Assembly: GCA_937952455.1 (NCBI GenBank)
Contig: CALFYU010000076.1
Span: 1 to 39,919, forward strand
Source of the DNA: an uncultured Planctomycetaceae bacterium
GTDB lineage: Bacteria; Planctomycetota; Planctomycetia; Planctomycetales; Planctomycetaceae
Direction: 5' to 3'
DNA: 39,919 nt
The translations under genes and the position numbers were made by a program. A model generated the notes under the pieces. It had not been told where the DNA came from, did no database searches, and worked only from the letters and a program-made list of their open reading frames with translations. How positions within the stretch are numbered: position 1 is the stretch's first letter; every line of letters starts with the position of its first letter. Shown here in pieces: positions 19,883 to 30,011 of this stretch.

Positions 19883-20704
19883 ATGAAGCTCGGATTGATC
19901 AACTCCGCCTGGTCCCAGGCCGGACGGGATACCGCTTGGGGCATCCAAAAAACCAAAGAGATCGGCTTCGACGCGATCGACATTCAAACCGATCCTTTGT
20001 CCATCGACGTCAAAGAACGGAAACTGATCAAAGACGCCTGCCGCGACGCCGGACTGCCCATCGTCTCGCTCTGCTGCGTCGCAGTGGGACTGATCGATTT
20101 CAACGACAGCGTCCAGCGGTTCAGTCTTGACCGCGTCAAAGCCCATTTGGACTTCGTCTACGAGCTTGAAGCGGAGAACCTGCTGCTGGTCATCGGAGAG
20201 TACATTTGGAACCGCGAGGTGATCCCCCCCGAAGAACAGTGGGCCACCGGCGTCAAGAATTGTCGATTGTTGGCCGAGTATGCGGACTCGCTGGGTGTCA
20301 AAATCGCCCTCGAACTGGAACCGTTTCAGCTCTCACTCGTCAATGACGTCGACAGCATGGTCCGCTTCATCGACGACGTCGGGCATCCGGCGTTTGCCGC
20401 CAACATCGATGTCTCCCACTTGTGTCTCTCGAAGGTCGCCCCGGAGGAATTGCGGAGGCTCGCGGGAAAGGCGACGCATGTACACATTTCCGATTGCGAT
20501 GGCCGGGTTCACGGTGATCTCCCTCCCGGACGCGGCGTCGTCGACTTTCCCCCCTATCTCCGAGAGATCCGCGATCTGGAAATCGACGGGACCATCTCCA
20601 TCGAATTGGAGTACGCCCCCCACCCCGACGAAATAGAAGCCTGGGTGACCGAAGCTTATGTGGAGACCGACAAATTACTGCGCGCCGCCGGATTGCGGGG
20701 GTGA
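19883..20704 (+). CDS. Sugar phosphate isomerase/epimerase (D-tagatose/psicose 3-epimerase-like TIM barrel)
   Basis: IALELEPF, NIDVSH, HVHISD...HGDLPPGRG and ISIELE metal-binding motifs. AGGAG SD before MKLGLIN. Confidence 0.88.
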   Translation: MKLGLINSAWSQAGRDTAWGIQKTKEIGFDAIDIQTDPLSIDVKERKLIKDACRDAGLPIVSLCCVAVGLIDFNDSVQRFSLDRVKAHLDFVYELEAENLLLVIGEYIWNREVIPPEEQWATGVKNCRLLAEYADSLGVKIALELEPFQLSLVNDVDSMVRFIDDVGHPAFAANIDVSHLCLSKVAPEELRRLAGKATHVHISDCDGRVHGDLPPGRGVVDFPPYLREIRDLEIDGTISIELEYAPHPDEIEAWVTEAYVETDKLLRAAGLRG

Positions 20705-20771
20705 GTTCGGCCGCAGAAGCGGCATTTCGCCGACGTTTTCAGGCGACGTCCGCAGCGCTGCCGTTCCAAGC

Positions 20772-20805
20772 TTGACAACGCAACCGGGCATTAAATAGGT
20801 TGTCA
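20772..20805 (+). promoter_or_regulatory. Putative sigma70 promoter for sat, with an overlapping inverted repeat
   Basis: TTGACA-N18-TAGGTT. A TGACAAC-N19-GTTGTCA inverted repeat overlaps both boxes. Confidence 0.4.
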
Positions 20806-21014
20806 TCGCTTCAGATTCCGGCGAGTCGCATTTTGGGCCGACGTCCGCCCTGAGCGGACTGACGTGGGACAAATCTCTCGGGCGATCGGGACGCGCGGCC
20901 ATCTCCCCCGTCCCCCTGTGGGCAATCGCCCTGCTGCGTCCGCATGGCCAACGAATCGCAGAGCAACAGCAGACAATTTGCACGAATCAACCCAACGATC
21001 GAATGAGGACGCAC

Positions 21015-22271
21015 ATGACAGATTTGATCCCGCCGCACGGTGGTTTGACAGCCCCCGTTTGCCGCACTGTTCCGGCCGAAGAGGTTGACGCCTTTCGCGC
21101 CGAAGCCGCCAAATTACCGCAAGTTCCGGCCTCTGCCGCCGACCTGTCGACAGTCTACCGGTTGGGAGACGGCACGCTCAGTCCGCTGACCGGTCCCATG
21201 GACTCGGCAACCTATAACCGCGTGCTGGACGAGTCGGTCATCGAGGTCGACGGCAAAAAATACGCCTGGACGATCCCCCTCTCACTGCCGGTCACCTCCG
21301 AATTGGCGGCGTCATTATCGGCCGGTCAAAAAGTCGCGCTCACCAATCCCGACGACGATATCGTCGCCACGCTCGACGTGACCGACGTTTTCGAATGGGA
21401 CAAGCCGCGGTATTTGAAGAGCGTCTATCTGACCGAGCGTACGGACCATCCCGGTGCCGATATGGTCCTCAAAGGCGACGCCGACAAGACGCATTTGATC
21501 GGCGGCGAGATTCGCGTCCTGCCGCAGCCGAAAAATCCGGCCTTCGGGCAATACGTCATGACGCCCCGCGAAGTCCGCGCCTTCCTGGCGGAAAAGGGTT
21601 GGGACAGCGTCGTCGCTTTCCAAACCCGTAACCCTCTGCATCGCGCGCACGAGTACGCGTTGGTCTACGCCCTGGAAAAATTGCTCAAAGAGGGCAAAAA
21701 CGCCGGTGCCTGTCTGAATCCGCTGATCGGCGAAACCAAGTCGGACGACGTCAACGCGGAAATCCGCATGCAGACCTACGAAAAACTGATCTCCGACCGG
21801 GCGATGGGGGACGGCGACAGCGACGTCGGATTGTGGGAAGGCCGCGGCGAGAGTGTTCCCGATCGCGTCGTATTGATCGGCCTGGACATCAAGATGTTCT
21901 ACGGTGGCCCCAAGGAAGCGGTCATGCACGCCATCTACCGGCAGAACTGCGGTTTCACGAACATCGTCATCGGCCGCAAACATGCCGACGCCCCCTATCA
22001 CGACGGTTCGGCGATCTGGGGTGACTTCGATGCCCAGGAGATCTTCAATAATCTCAACGGCGACCTGCAGATCAAACCGGTCAACGTCGGCTTTGCTGCC
22101 TATTACGAGTCGCTAGGGCGCGTGGACCTGATGGAAAACCACAACGACGAAAAACCGGTGTTCATCTCCGGGAAACAGGTCCGAGCGACCTTACAGGAGG
22201 GGGAACTGGTCGACCCGCGGATCATGCGCGAAAGCACGTCGAAAATCCTGGCGGCCGCCATGCACAAATAG
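21015..22271 (+). CDS. sat: Sulfate adenylyltransferase (ATP sulfurylase, Sat type)
   Basis: LIPPHGG N-terminus, [44 protein letters not shown] and ISGKQVR. Confidence 0.93.
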   Translation: MTDLIPPHGGLTAPVCRTVPAEEVDAFRAEAAKLPQVPASAADLSTVYRLGDGTLSPLTGPMDSATYNRVLDESVIEVDGKKYAWTIPLSLPVTSELAASLSAGQKVALTNPDDDIVATLDVTDVFEWDKPRYLKSVYLTERTDHPGADMVLKGDADKTHLIGGEIRVLPQPKNPAFGQYVMTPREVRAFLAEKGWDSVVAFQTRNPLHRAHEYALVYALEKLLKEGKNAGACLNPLIGETKSDDVNAEIRMQTYEKLISDRAMGDGDSDVGLWEGRGESVPDRVVLIGLDIKMFYGGPKEAVMHAIYRQNCGFTNIVIGRKHADAPYHDGSAIWGDFDAQEIFNNLNGDLQIKPVNVGFAAYYESLGRVDLMENHNDEKPVFISGKQVRATLQEGELVDPRIMRESTSKILAAAMHK

Positions 22272-22329
22272 GAAGTAATCGAGGAACACTCGACGGCTCC
22301 ATTGGCGCCGAGAAAACGGCAAATCCTGG

Positions 22330-22366
22330 ACGGCGGAACGCTGCAACGGCACGTTCCGCCGTTTTT
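22330..22366 (+). terminator. Rho-independent terminator after sat
   Basis: ACGGCGGAACG-N11-CGTTCCGCCGT followed by TTTT. Confidence 0.7.
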
Positions 22367-22644
22367 ACGTTGCTCACGGCCCCGCGCCACGCCGTAAGAA
22401 CTGCCAAACGAGTCGTTTTTGCGGGGAAAACGCGAATTTCCGCACACGTATCCCATTCTGGGAGGCCGATCCCAGACGAAGCGGATCGGTTCCAACGGAA
22501 AAAGGCCTGTCCGCGTAGAAATGGCGGACGAATCTGCTCGCAAAACGCCCAATCCTCTGCAAAAATCGCGGTTTGTCCGCGGAAACGCACATCACAGTTC
22601 CGTTTTTGACGGTATTTCTCTTACCCAAACGATAGGGCCGGCCG

Positions 22645-25600
22645 GTGTCTTCTCCCAATCAGCCATCAGAAACCCCATCCGACGAGACCCCGCACGACGA
22701 AACTCCCGAAACGGCAACGGAACCGACCGAAGATGGCGGCATGCCCGAATATGAGCCGTTGACCCCCGAGCTCGTGGAAGACGAAGCCGCGCGCGGCGAC
22801 TTCATGCTCCGTTGGGCCGTCGTCTTGTTGGCATTCCTGATGGGGTGCACCTTCATTGCCGAGACATCCACGCTAGTGCACGTCCGGTCGGGCGAGTACC
22901 TGGCGGCACACGGGGTTTGGCCCCCCGCCAACGACGTCTTCTCCTTCACGGCGTCGGAACGGCCCTGGGTCAATGTGTCGTGGCTGTTCGATCTCGTCCT
23001 CGCCGGCATCTATGCCGTCTCCGGCGCCGTCGGTCTGTCATTGTTCAAGGCTCTGGTGGCGGCGGTGACTTTTTGGTTTGTCGTGAATCTGGGCATGGGA
23101 AAGACATCGACCTGGGGGGCGAGCATCTGTTCGGCGGTGGCGCTGCTGGCCTGCCATCACTCTTTGACCGCCCAGCCGATGTTAATCACGCTGCTCGGCT
23201 TGGCGATGATGTTTTGGGTGATCAACTCCTGGAAGCTCGGCGCCTCTCCCCGGAGGATCTATGCGTTGATCCCATTATTCTTATTCTGGGCCAATCTCGA
23301 TCCGCGGATGTTTCTGGGATTGGTCGCATTGGTCCTGTACGGTTTGGGTGACCTGATCGGCGTGCTCTGGGGACGCCCCTCGCTGACCGAATCGGAGCGC
23401 GGTCCGTTTCAGTTGGCGGTCGCCGGCAGTTTCCTGGCGGCTATGGTCAACCCGTTCGGTTGGCATACGTTGCTGCGGCCGTTGGAGTTGTACGGCACGG
23501 AATATCCCGCCTACCGCGAATTCCTGTCCGGCTCCCCCGCCACGCCCACGACGGTCCAATACTACACGCTTCTCGATTCCAGCGTCTGGGACGTGTTGGG
23601 GCATACCGGAATCGCGGCCGTGGCTCTGGGAATCGCGGCGATCATCGTCATGTACCTGAACTTTCGACGCCTGGACATCGGGCACGTCCTTGTCTTTTTT
23701 GGCTTTGCGGCGTTTGCACTTTCCAGCGTCGAACAACTACCGGCGGCGGCGTTGGTGTTCGCCGTTTTGCTGGCGATCAATGGCCAAAGCTGGTACCAGG
23801 CAAACTTTGACCAGTCATATTCGGTCAAGACCGGCGAGTTGATTTTCTCCCGGGGCGGTCGCGCGGTCACCGTATTGGCGTGCGCCGCATAGGCCTTCAT
23901 GGCCGGAACCGGCTGGTTACGGGCTCCCGGCCATGGTTCGACCGGTTTCGGCTTGGACTACTCCCTGAGTCAGTCGCTGAACGCCTTGCAGTCGCAAACT
24001 CAAGACACCTTCAACGACCGGGTCTTCAATATGACCGGCCAACAGGGGGACATGTTGATCTGGGTGGGCCAAAAGCCGTTTTTCGACATGCGGCTTCCGC
24101 TTTACGTCGGCGAGGGAGACGACGACCTGCTGGCCCTGCATCGCAAGACCCGCGAATCGTTACGCATTCAATATCTGCCGATCTCCGCCCAAGAGGCGGA
24201 AACCATGGAGGTCAAGCCGCAGGATTGGAAGCCCGTGTTTGCCGAGTATCAGATATCGTACGCGATTCCGCAATTGACCATGTCGCCGGTGCCCGATTAC
24301 GCCATGCTGCGAGCGTTTATTTTCTCCGGACGCGATTGGCAATTGACCAGCCTCAGCGGAACGGCCGCGGTGTTTCACCGTGTCGACCCCAACAACGCGG
24401 AACTGATGCAGTTCAACAAGGAGCACCGGTACGACTTCGTGGCCCAAGCCTTCCGGGAAGATACCAAAGCGATCGGGCCGCGTACCGCCTGGGCCGCGCC
24501 GCCGGGCATCTATGAAGAAAACGTCTGGAAAACCAAGCCTCAGATCCCCGAACCGATCCAGCAGGCTCACCACTTGAACGTGATCCTGCAGGACCTGGTC
24601 ACAATATCGGCGCAGATGCCGCTGGCCGACCGGGCGGTTTATCCCGCGTTGGCCTGGCTAGCGCTCCGGGAAGCCCAGAAGGGCCTTGACGAAGACCCGA
24701 CCTCGGCCGAAGGCTATGTCGAGTTGGGCAATGCTTACCGCTATCTCGCCTTCTGGAACCAGGGGTCGCTGATGGGCATGAAGCAATGGCAAGGACAAGG
24801 CATGCGCTTCTTCCAATCCATGATGGCTTACAACCAGGCCCTCGCCGCCGACCCGGATAACTTGACGGCCCATTCTCGGCTATTCGAGTATTACAGTTCG
24901 CCCGGATTCTTACGGGTCGACCTCGCCCTGCGGGAGCTTGAAGCACTCGAGACCATGATGAGCCGCAAACCCAACGCCACAGAGGCGGAACAGCAACAAC
25001 TCAAACAGCTCGGCGAAATGCGCGAAAAAATGTCCGTACACGTCGAACAGCTGAGTGCCGAGTTGGACAAAGCGGCCAAGGACAACGCCGATCCACTGCA
25101 GTTGGCCCAGATTGCATCGCAACGGTATAACTGCCCGCTGGCGGCGCTGGAGCAACTCGAAAAAAGCCCCGAATTCGTCGCCACGAATCCCAACGCGAAG
25201 TTGTTCTATCTCACGATGCTGCTCGAGTCGGGCCGCATTGAGGACGCCTATCAGACCGCCATGGAAATCGAGTATGAGCAAAACGCCACGCAGAATCAGT
25301 TGCCGAACTGGCGTTCCCTCGTTGTGGCGGCCTATTTGGCAAACGCCGAGTACGAAAAGGCCCAGGAACTCTGGAAGGCCGAAGGCCAGCAGATCGAGAT
25401 GAACGGATTCCGCAGCGCACTGAGCACGCTTCCCCCACGCGTGATCCCCAATTCCCCGCAACCCTGGCCAATTCCCACCATCAACAGCGCCTATCAGTAC
25501 TTCTCCAGTCGCGATTCGCGGCTCACCTCGTTGAATCTGGACATCGCCTACGCGCTGCTGGAATCGGGACAATGTGAGGCTGCTGGAAAACAATTCCAGC

Positions 25601-25767
25601 GAACCCTCGAGGACTCGCCCGATTCCTCGGCCCGACACCTGATCGGGTTTTATCTCGCGCAAATCAACCAGGAGATGATCGACCCGGTCCCGCCCAGCGA
25701 TCGCGTGCCGGTGTTATTCGCCGATGGCAACGAAACCGATCCATCCTCTTCCGACGAATCGAAGTAA
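22645..25767 (+). pseudogene. Multi-pass membrane (GT-C-like) plus TPR protein, interrupted by one in-frame TAG at 23890-23892
   Basis: ORFs 22645-23892 and 23899-25767 share a frame and are separated only by TAG-GCC-TTC. The stop falls inside a TM helix (GRAVTVLACAA*AFMAGTGWL). The N-half has about 11 TM segments with H.RSG..DVFSFT...PW...WL and WANL motifs; the C-half is TPR-rich. Could be a nonsense mutation, a base-call error or readthrough. Confidence 0.7.
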
Positions 25768-25775
25768 CCGGTGCG

Positions 25776-26819
25776 TCAATCCGCATACTCCACGGCCGAC
25801 TCCCCGGCCACGATCTCGCCGATCACGTGGCTGCCCACCTGTTCCGACGTGAGCGTTTGCCGGATGGCGGCGACGTCCGACTGCGGGGCAATCACCACGT
25901 AGCCAATCCCCATATTGAAGACCTTATACATTTCATCGCGATCGATCCCTCCCAGCGTCTGTAGCCACGTGAACTCGGGCAGCGGCTGCCAATTTGCGCG
26001 GCGGATGATCGCCCGGCAGCCGGCGGGCAGAATTCGGCTGACGTTCTCCTCCAAACCGCCCCCGGTATTGTGTGCCATACCGTGAATCGACACCGGTTGC
26101 TTCATCGCCGCTCCGATGGACGAAACGTACAACCGCGTCGGTCTGAGCAATACTTCGCCCACAGTCGCCCGCAATTCCGGAATCGCATCGTCGACGCTTA
26201 GTCCGCCGTCGTCGAAGACCACCTTGCGAATCAAGCTGTAGCCGTTGGAGTGAAATCCGCTCGACTCCAGCCCGATAATCGCGTCGCCCGGCTGAATCGC
26301 CTGTCCGTCAATTGTCCGCTTTCGCTCCACGACGCCTACGGAAAACCCTGCCATGTCGAAATCCCCCTCGGCGTACAAATCAGGCATGATTGCCGTTTCC
26401 CCGCCCAGAAGAGCCGATCCGGTCTCGACGCAGGCGTCGCTGACCCCCGAAACGAGCGCCGCCACCAACTCCGGGTCGTCTTTGCCCAGCGCCAAGTAGT
26501 CGAGGAAAAACAGCGGCTCGGCGCCGAGGCACAGACAGTCATTTACGCACATCGCCACCAAGTCGATGCCGATCGTGTCGTATTTCTTCGCCAGGATGGC
26601 GACTTTGATTTTTGTCCCCACCCCGTCCGTCCCCGCGACCAGCACGGGGTCGTCATAGCGCCGCGAGTCCCCCTGCAGCCCGAACAGTCCGGCAAATCCT
26701 CCGGGCAAATCCAACACGCGGGGCGTCCGCGTCCGCTGCATCAACTGCGGCAACTTCGCCATCGCCTGTTGGTACAACTCCAAATCGACGCCGGCATCCT
26801 TATAAGTCGCTGCAGCCAT
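25776..26819 (-). CDS. purM: Phosphoribosylformylglycinamidine cyclo-ligase (AIR synthetase)
   Basis: TYKDAGVD, GGFAGLF, GTDGVGTK, IDLVAMCVND, GGETA, SSGFHSNGYSL and FNMGIG motifs. Confidence 0.96.
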   Translation of the reverse strand: MAAATYKDAGVDLELYQQAMAKLPQLMQRTRTPRVLDLPGGFAGLFGLQGDSRRYDDPVLVAGTDGVGTKIKVAILAKKYDTIGIDLVAMCVNDCLCLGAEPLFFLDYLALGKDDPELVAALVSGVSDACVETGSALLGGETAIMPDLYAEGDFDMAGFSVGVVERKRTIDGQAIQPGDAIIGLESSGFHSNGYSLIRKVVFDDGGLSVDDAIPELRATVGEVLLRPTRLYVSSIGAAMKQPVSIHGMAHNTGGGLEENVSRILPAGCRAIIRRANWQPLPEFTWLQTLGGIDRDEMYKVFNMGIGYVVIAPQSDVAAIRQTLTSEQVGSHVIGEIVAGESAVEYAD

Positions 26820-26922
26820 GTACGGTCTTCCATATCGTGGGAATTGGCGAACGAAATCACAAGATGACCGAATCATAGCAGACGTCTTGCGGCTTGGCAC
26901 GCCAACGGCAATCCGCCTATTT

Positions 26923-26953
26923 TTGACGAACAGTCACCAGATTCTGTTATAAT
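26923..26953 (+). promoter_or_regulatory. Sigma70 promoter (extended -10) for the antitoxin gene
   Basis: Perfect TG-n-TATAAT at 26945-26953, with TTGACG at 26923-26928. Confidence 0.6.
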
Positions 26954-26999
26954 TGTGCAATGGTTAGATTCCTTGCCCGAAAAATAGAGAGGAGCTGAT

Positions 27000-27284
27000 T
27001 TGTCAACTCCTATGCAATTGCCATCTGAGTTGCAGGAACTGGTTGATCAAGAACTGGCAACCGGGCGGTATTCCTCTTCGGAAGAAGTGCTCATAGCCGC
27101 CGTTGAGTTATTGAGAGAGCAGGATCGTCGCTATGACGCATTTCGTGCTGAGGTGCTTGCGCGTCTCAAAGCCCTAGATGAAGGGGGCGCGATCGAACTT
27201 GAAAATGAATCCGCCTTGAGCGGCTTTTTTGACGACATCAGTAATCGCGGACAAATCCGCTGCGCGACGCACCCTACGCGCTGA
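27000..27284 (+). CDS. ParD-like ribbon-helix-helix antitoxin (CC2985 family), orphan
   Basis: LPSELQELVDQELATGRYSSSEEVLIAAVELL is the typical 'V.SGRY.S.SEV.R.AL.LL' signature. AGGAG SD before TTG. Confidence 0.82.
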   Translation: MSTPMQLPSELQELVDQELATGRYSSSEEVLIAAVELLREQDRRYDAFRAEVLARLKALDEGGAIELENESALSGFFDDISNRGQIRCATHPTR

Positions 27285-27320
27285 GCACGCCGCATGTCTT
27301 GCACGAATCGCATCAACAAC

Positions 27321-27364
27321 AAAAAACTCCCGCAACGAGCATTCGCCCGTGCGGGAGTTTTTTT
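27321..27364. terminator. Bidirectional Rho-independent terminator between the antitoxin and glnA
   Basis: AAAAAACTCCCGCA...TGCGGGAGTTTTTTT. Confidence 0.85.
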
Positions 27365-27396
27365 GAACCAAAGTTCGTTTTAATTACAAACGGCGA

Positions 27397-28809
27397 TCAA
27401 CTGTCGTAGTACAACGCAAACTCGTACGGGTGAGGACGCAGACGGAATTCGTCGATTTCGTTCTCCCGCTTGTAGCTGATCCAGGTTTCGATCAGGTCCT
27501 CGGTGAAGACGTCCCCCTTGGTCAGGAACTCGTTGTCCGCTTCCAAGGCACCGAGCGCCTCGCCGAGCGACGCCGGCGTGGTGTTGGTTTCGGCCAACTC
27601 TTCTGGCGTCATCTCGTAAATATCCCGATCAAGCGGATCGCCCGGATCGATCTTGTTCTGGACACCGTCCAGCAACGCCATCAACATGGCCGTGTACATC
27701 AGATAGCCGTTGGCCGTCGGATCGGGGCAACGGAATTCCAATCGTTTCGCCTTCGGGCTGGCGGAGTACATCGGAATCCGCACCGAGGCCGAGCGGTTCC
27801 GTTGCGACATGGCCAACGTCACCGGTGCCTCGAAGCCGGGCACCAACCGGTGATACGAATTGACCGTCGGAGCGGCAAACGCCAGCACCGCACGTCCATG
27901 CTTGAGCAAACCACCGATCGCGTGCAGCGCGGTTTCGCTCAATCCGGCGTAACCGTCGCCCGCCATCAGCGTCTGGCCGTCCTTCCACAACGACATGTGG
28001 GTGTGCATCCCCGAGCCGTTATCTTCGAAGATCGGCTTGGGCATGAACGTCACCGTCTTGCCGTGCTTTTTGGCGACGTTGCGGATGATGTACTTGTACC
28101 ACATGAACTGGTCGGCCATCTTGAGCAAATCGCAGAACTCCATGTCGATTTCGCACTGGCCGCCCGTGCCCACTTCGTGGTGATGGGCTTCGACGACAAT
28201 CCCCAATTCCCGCATCGTGTACACCATTTCACCGCGGAGATCGTGGTAGCTGTCGGTCGGGCTGACGGGGAAGTATCCGCCTTTGTAGCTGGGTTTGTAG
28301 CCCAAGTTCGGTTCTTCGATTCGCGACGTATTCCAGGCCCCTTCGACCGAGTCGATTTCATAGAACGCGCGGTTTTGCGATTGGTCATAGCGGACTTCGT
28401 CGAAGATGAAGAATTCCGGTTCCGGACCGACGAAGCAGGCATCGGCGATGCCGGTTTGCTTCATGTACGCGATCCCCTTGCGGGCCACGTGCCGCGGGTC
28501 GCGGGTGTATTCCTCTTTTGTGATCGGATCGACGATGTTGGCCAAGACGCTCACGGTCGGACGAGCATAAAACGGGTCCAACTTCGCCGTGGAGGCGTCG
28601 GGAACCGCTAACATGTCGGACTGGTTGATCGCTTGCCAGCCGCGAATGGACGAGCCGTCAAAACCGACGCCGTCCTCAAACGTCCCTTCGTTCCACGTGT
28701 CGATGGGATAAGAACAGTGTTGCCAGGTGCCCAGCAGGTCAGTGAACTTCAAGTCCACCATTTCCGCGCCATGCTCCTTGGCGAATTCAAAGAACTCTTT
28801 GGGGTTCAT
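27397..28809 (-). CDS. glnA: Glutamine synthetase type I (GSI-beta)
   Basis: [50 protein letters not shown] and RLEFRCPD motifs; adenylylation-site Tyr in DRDIY. Confidence 0.98.
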   Translation of the reverse strand: MNPKEFFEFAKEHGAEMVDLKFTDLLGTWQHCSYPIDTWNEGTFEDGVGFDGSSIRGWQAINQSDMLAVPDASTAKLDPFYARPTVSVLANIVDPITKEEYTRDPRHVARKGIAYMKQTGIADACFVGPEPEFFIFDEVRYDQSQNRAFYEIDSVEGAWNTSRIEEPNLGYKPSYKGGYFPVSPTDSYHDLRGEMVYTMRELGIVVEAHHHEVGTGGQCEIDMEFCDLLKMADQFMWYKYIIRNVAKKHGKTVTFMPKPIFEDNGSGMHTHMSLWKDGQTLMAGDGYAGLSETALHAIGGLLKHGRAVLAFAAPTVNSYHRLVPGFEAPVTLAMSQRNRSASVRIPMYSASPKAKRLEFRCPDPTANGYLMYTAMLMALLDGVQNKIDPGDPLDRDIYEMTPEELAETNTTPASLGEALGALEADNEFLTKGDVFTEDLIETWISYKRENEIDEFRLRPHPYEFALYYDS

Positions 28810-29100
28810 CGTTTTTGTTCTCCTTCAGTGTGACTTCCAATGTGACGCTAAAAACTCTTGGACGCAGATCGTAAATTCCGCCAGTGCACCCACGATCGTC
28901 TCGCCGCAAAAAACAACCCCCGCTGGACTGAAATCAGTCGACCATTGACGGTAAACCCAGTGAGGAGCGGGGACAGTCAAACATGTGGACCGCCGCCGCG
29001 AGACCCAACAATTCGCTGCCGCCTGACAGGTGCATCTGGGCAATAACCGCGAATAAGCGGGTGCAAAAAAATAAAACAGCAACCCTATCGAGCGGAAGAC

Positions 29101-29117
29101 TGCGCGATCCTTGCGCA
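29101..29117. promoter_or_regulatory. NtrC-like binding box near glnA
   Basis: Perfect palindrome TGCGC-N7-GCGCA, compared with the NtrC consensus TGCAC-N7-GTGCA. Confidence 0.5.
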
Positions 29118-29204
29118 AAACTTGCACATTCATTCGGCGGCTTGGCCAAGCTTGGTTAGCCAAACTGCGAGAATAACGTGCTGCGGCCGCCGCCTCAGCC
29201 AATC

Positions 29205-29221
29205 CGCAATCAGCGTGCCAA
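29205..29221 (-). promoter_or_regulatory. Sigma54 (-24/-12) promoter upstream of glnA
   Basis: Minus strand TTGGCACGCTGATTGCG matches TGGCACG-N4-TTGC. Confidence 0.75.
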
Positions 29222-29442
29222 TTCGCGATAGCTCTCCCGATGTGACCATCGCTTTGCAGCCGCCGACTCGTCTCCTTCATCAGCGAAGTCGCCCATGATA
29301 ACTTCCACATTTACAGAATGAAACCGAAACGGCTTCGCGTGGGCGATTTTCATTCGGGTGATCGGGGACGGGAGAAATTCGCCTCCCGCGCCCCCCGGCC
29401 GCAGCACAGCCGGGAGGCCTCGAGGACAGGGAACAGCGAATT

Positions 29443-29802
<360 letters not shown>

Positions 29803-30011
29803 TCAAGGGTTTTGCGGTAACGGAAATGCCGACCGGCTGCGGTGGAGATGGGGACACGACGTTGCCGCCGCGCCCCATCTCACCGATCCGCGTCCTGCGA
29901 CACGTCCAATCCATTTGGTCACAGCCGGGCACTCGCCCGCCTCGCTCGACCGCGTCGCAAGGCGACGAGCGAGGCGGCTCTCTCCTAGGAGCCGTAAGGG
30001 TCCCCAACGCT

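Noticed and set aside
23890-23892. Genome-wide amber recoding (alternative genetic code or pyrrolysine)
   Set aside because: TAG ends several genes at their expected C-termini here (tartrate dehydrogenase 4316, sat 22271, amtB 30012, corA 37095), and no pyl genes are in the window.
27430-28611. Long antisense ORFs (e.g. 393 aa opposite glnA; also 7563-8450, 13635-14561) and the alternate-frame ORF 38675-39802
   Set aside because: These are shadow ORFs expected from GC-rich codon bias overlapping well-supported genes, with no recognisable motifs.
28815-28845. Glutamine (glnA) riboswitch, suggested by GGAAGT...CTGAAGGA just before the glnA start
   Set aside because: Only 4 nt separate the two motifs, leaving no P3 stem or E-loop AGUA, and no P1 is evident. 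GAAGGAG is simply the Shine-Dalgarno.
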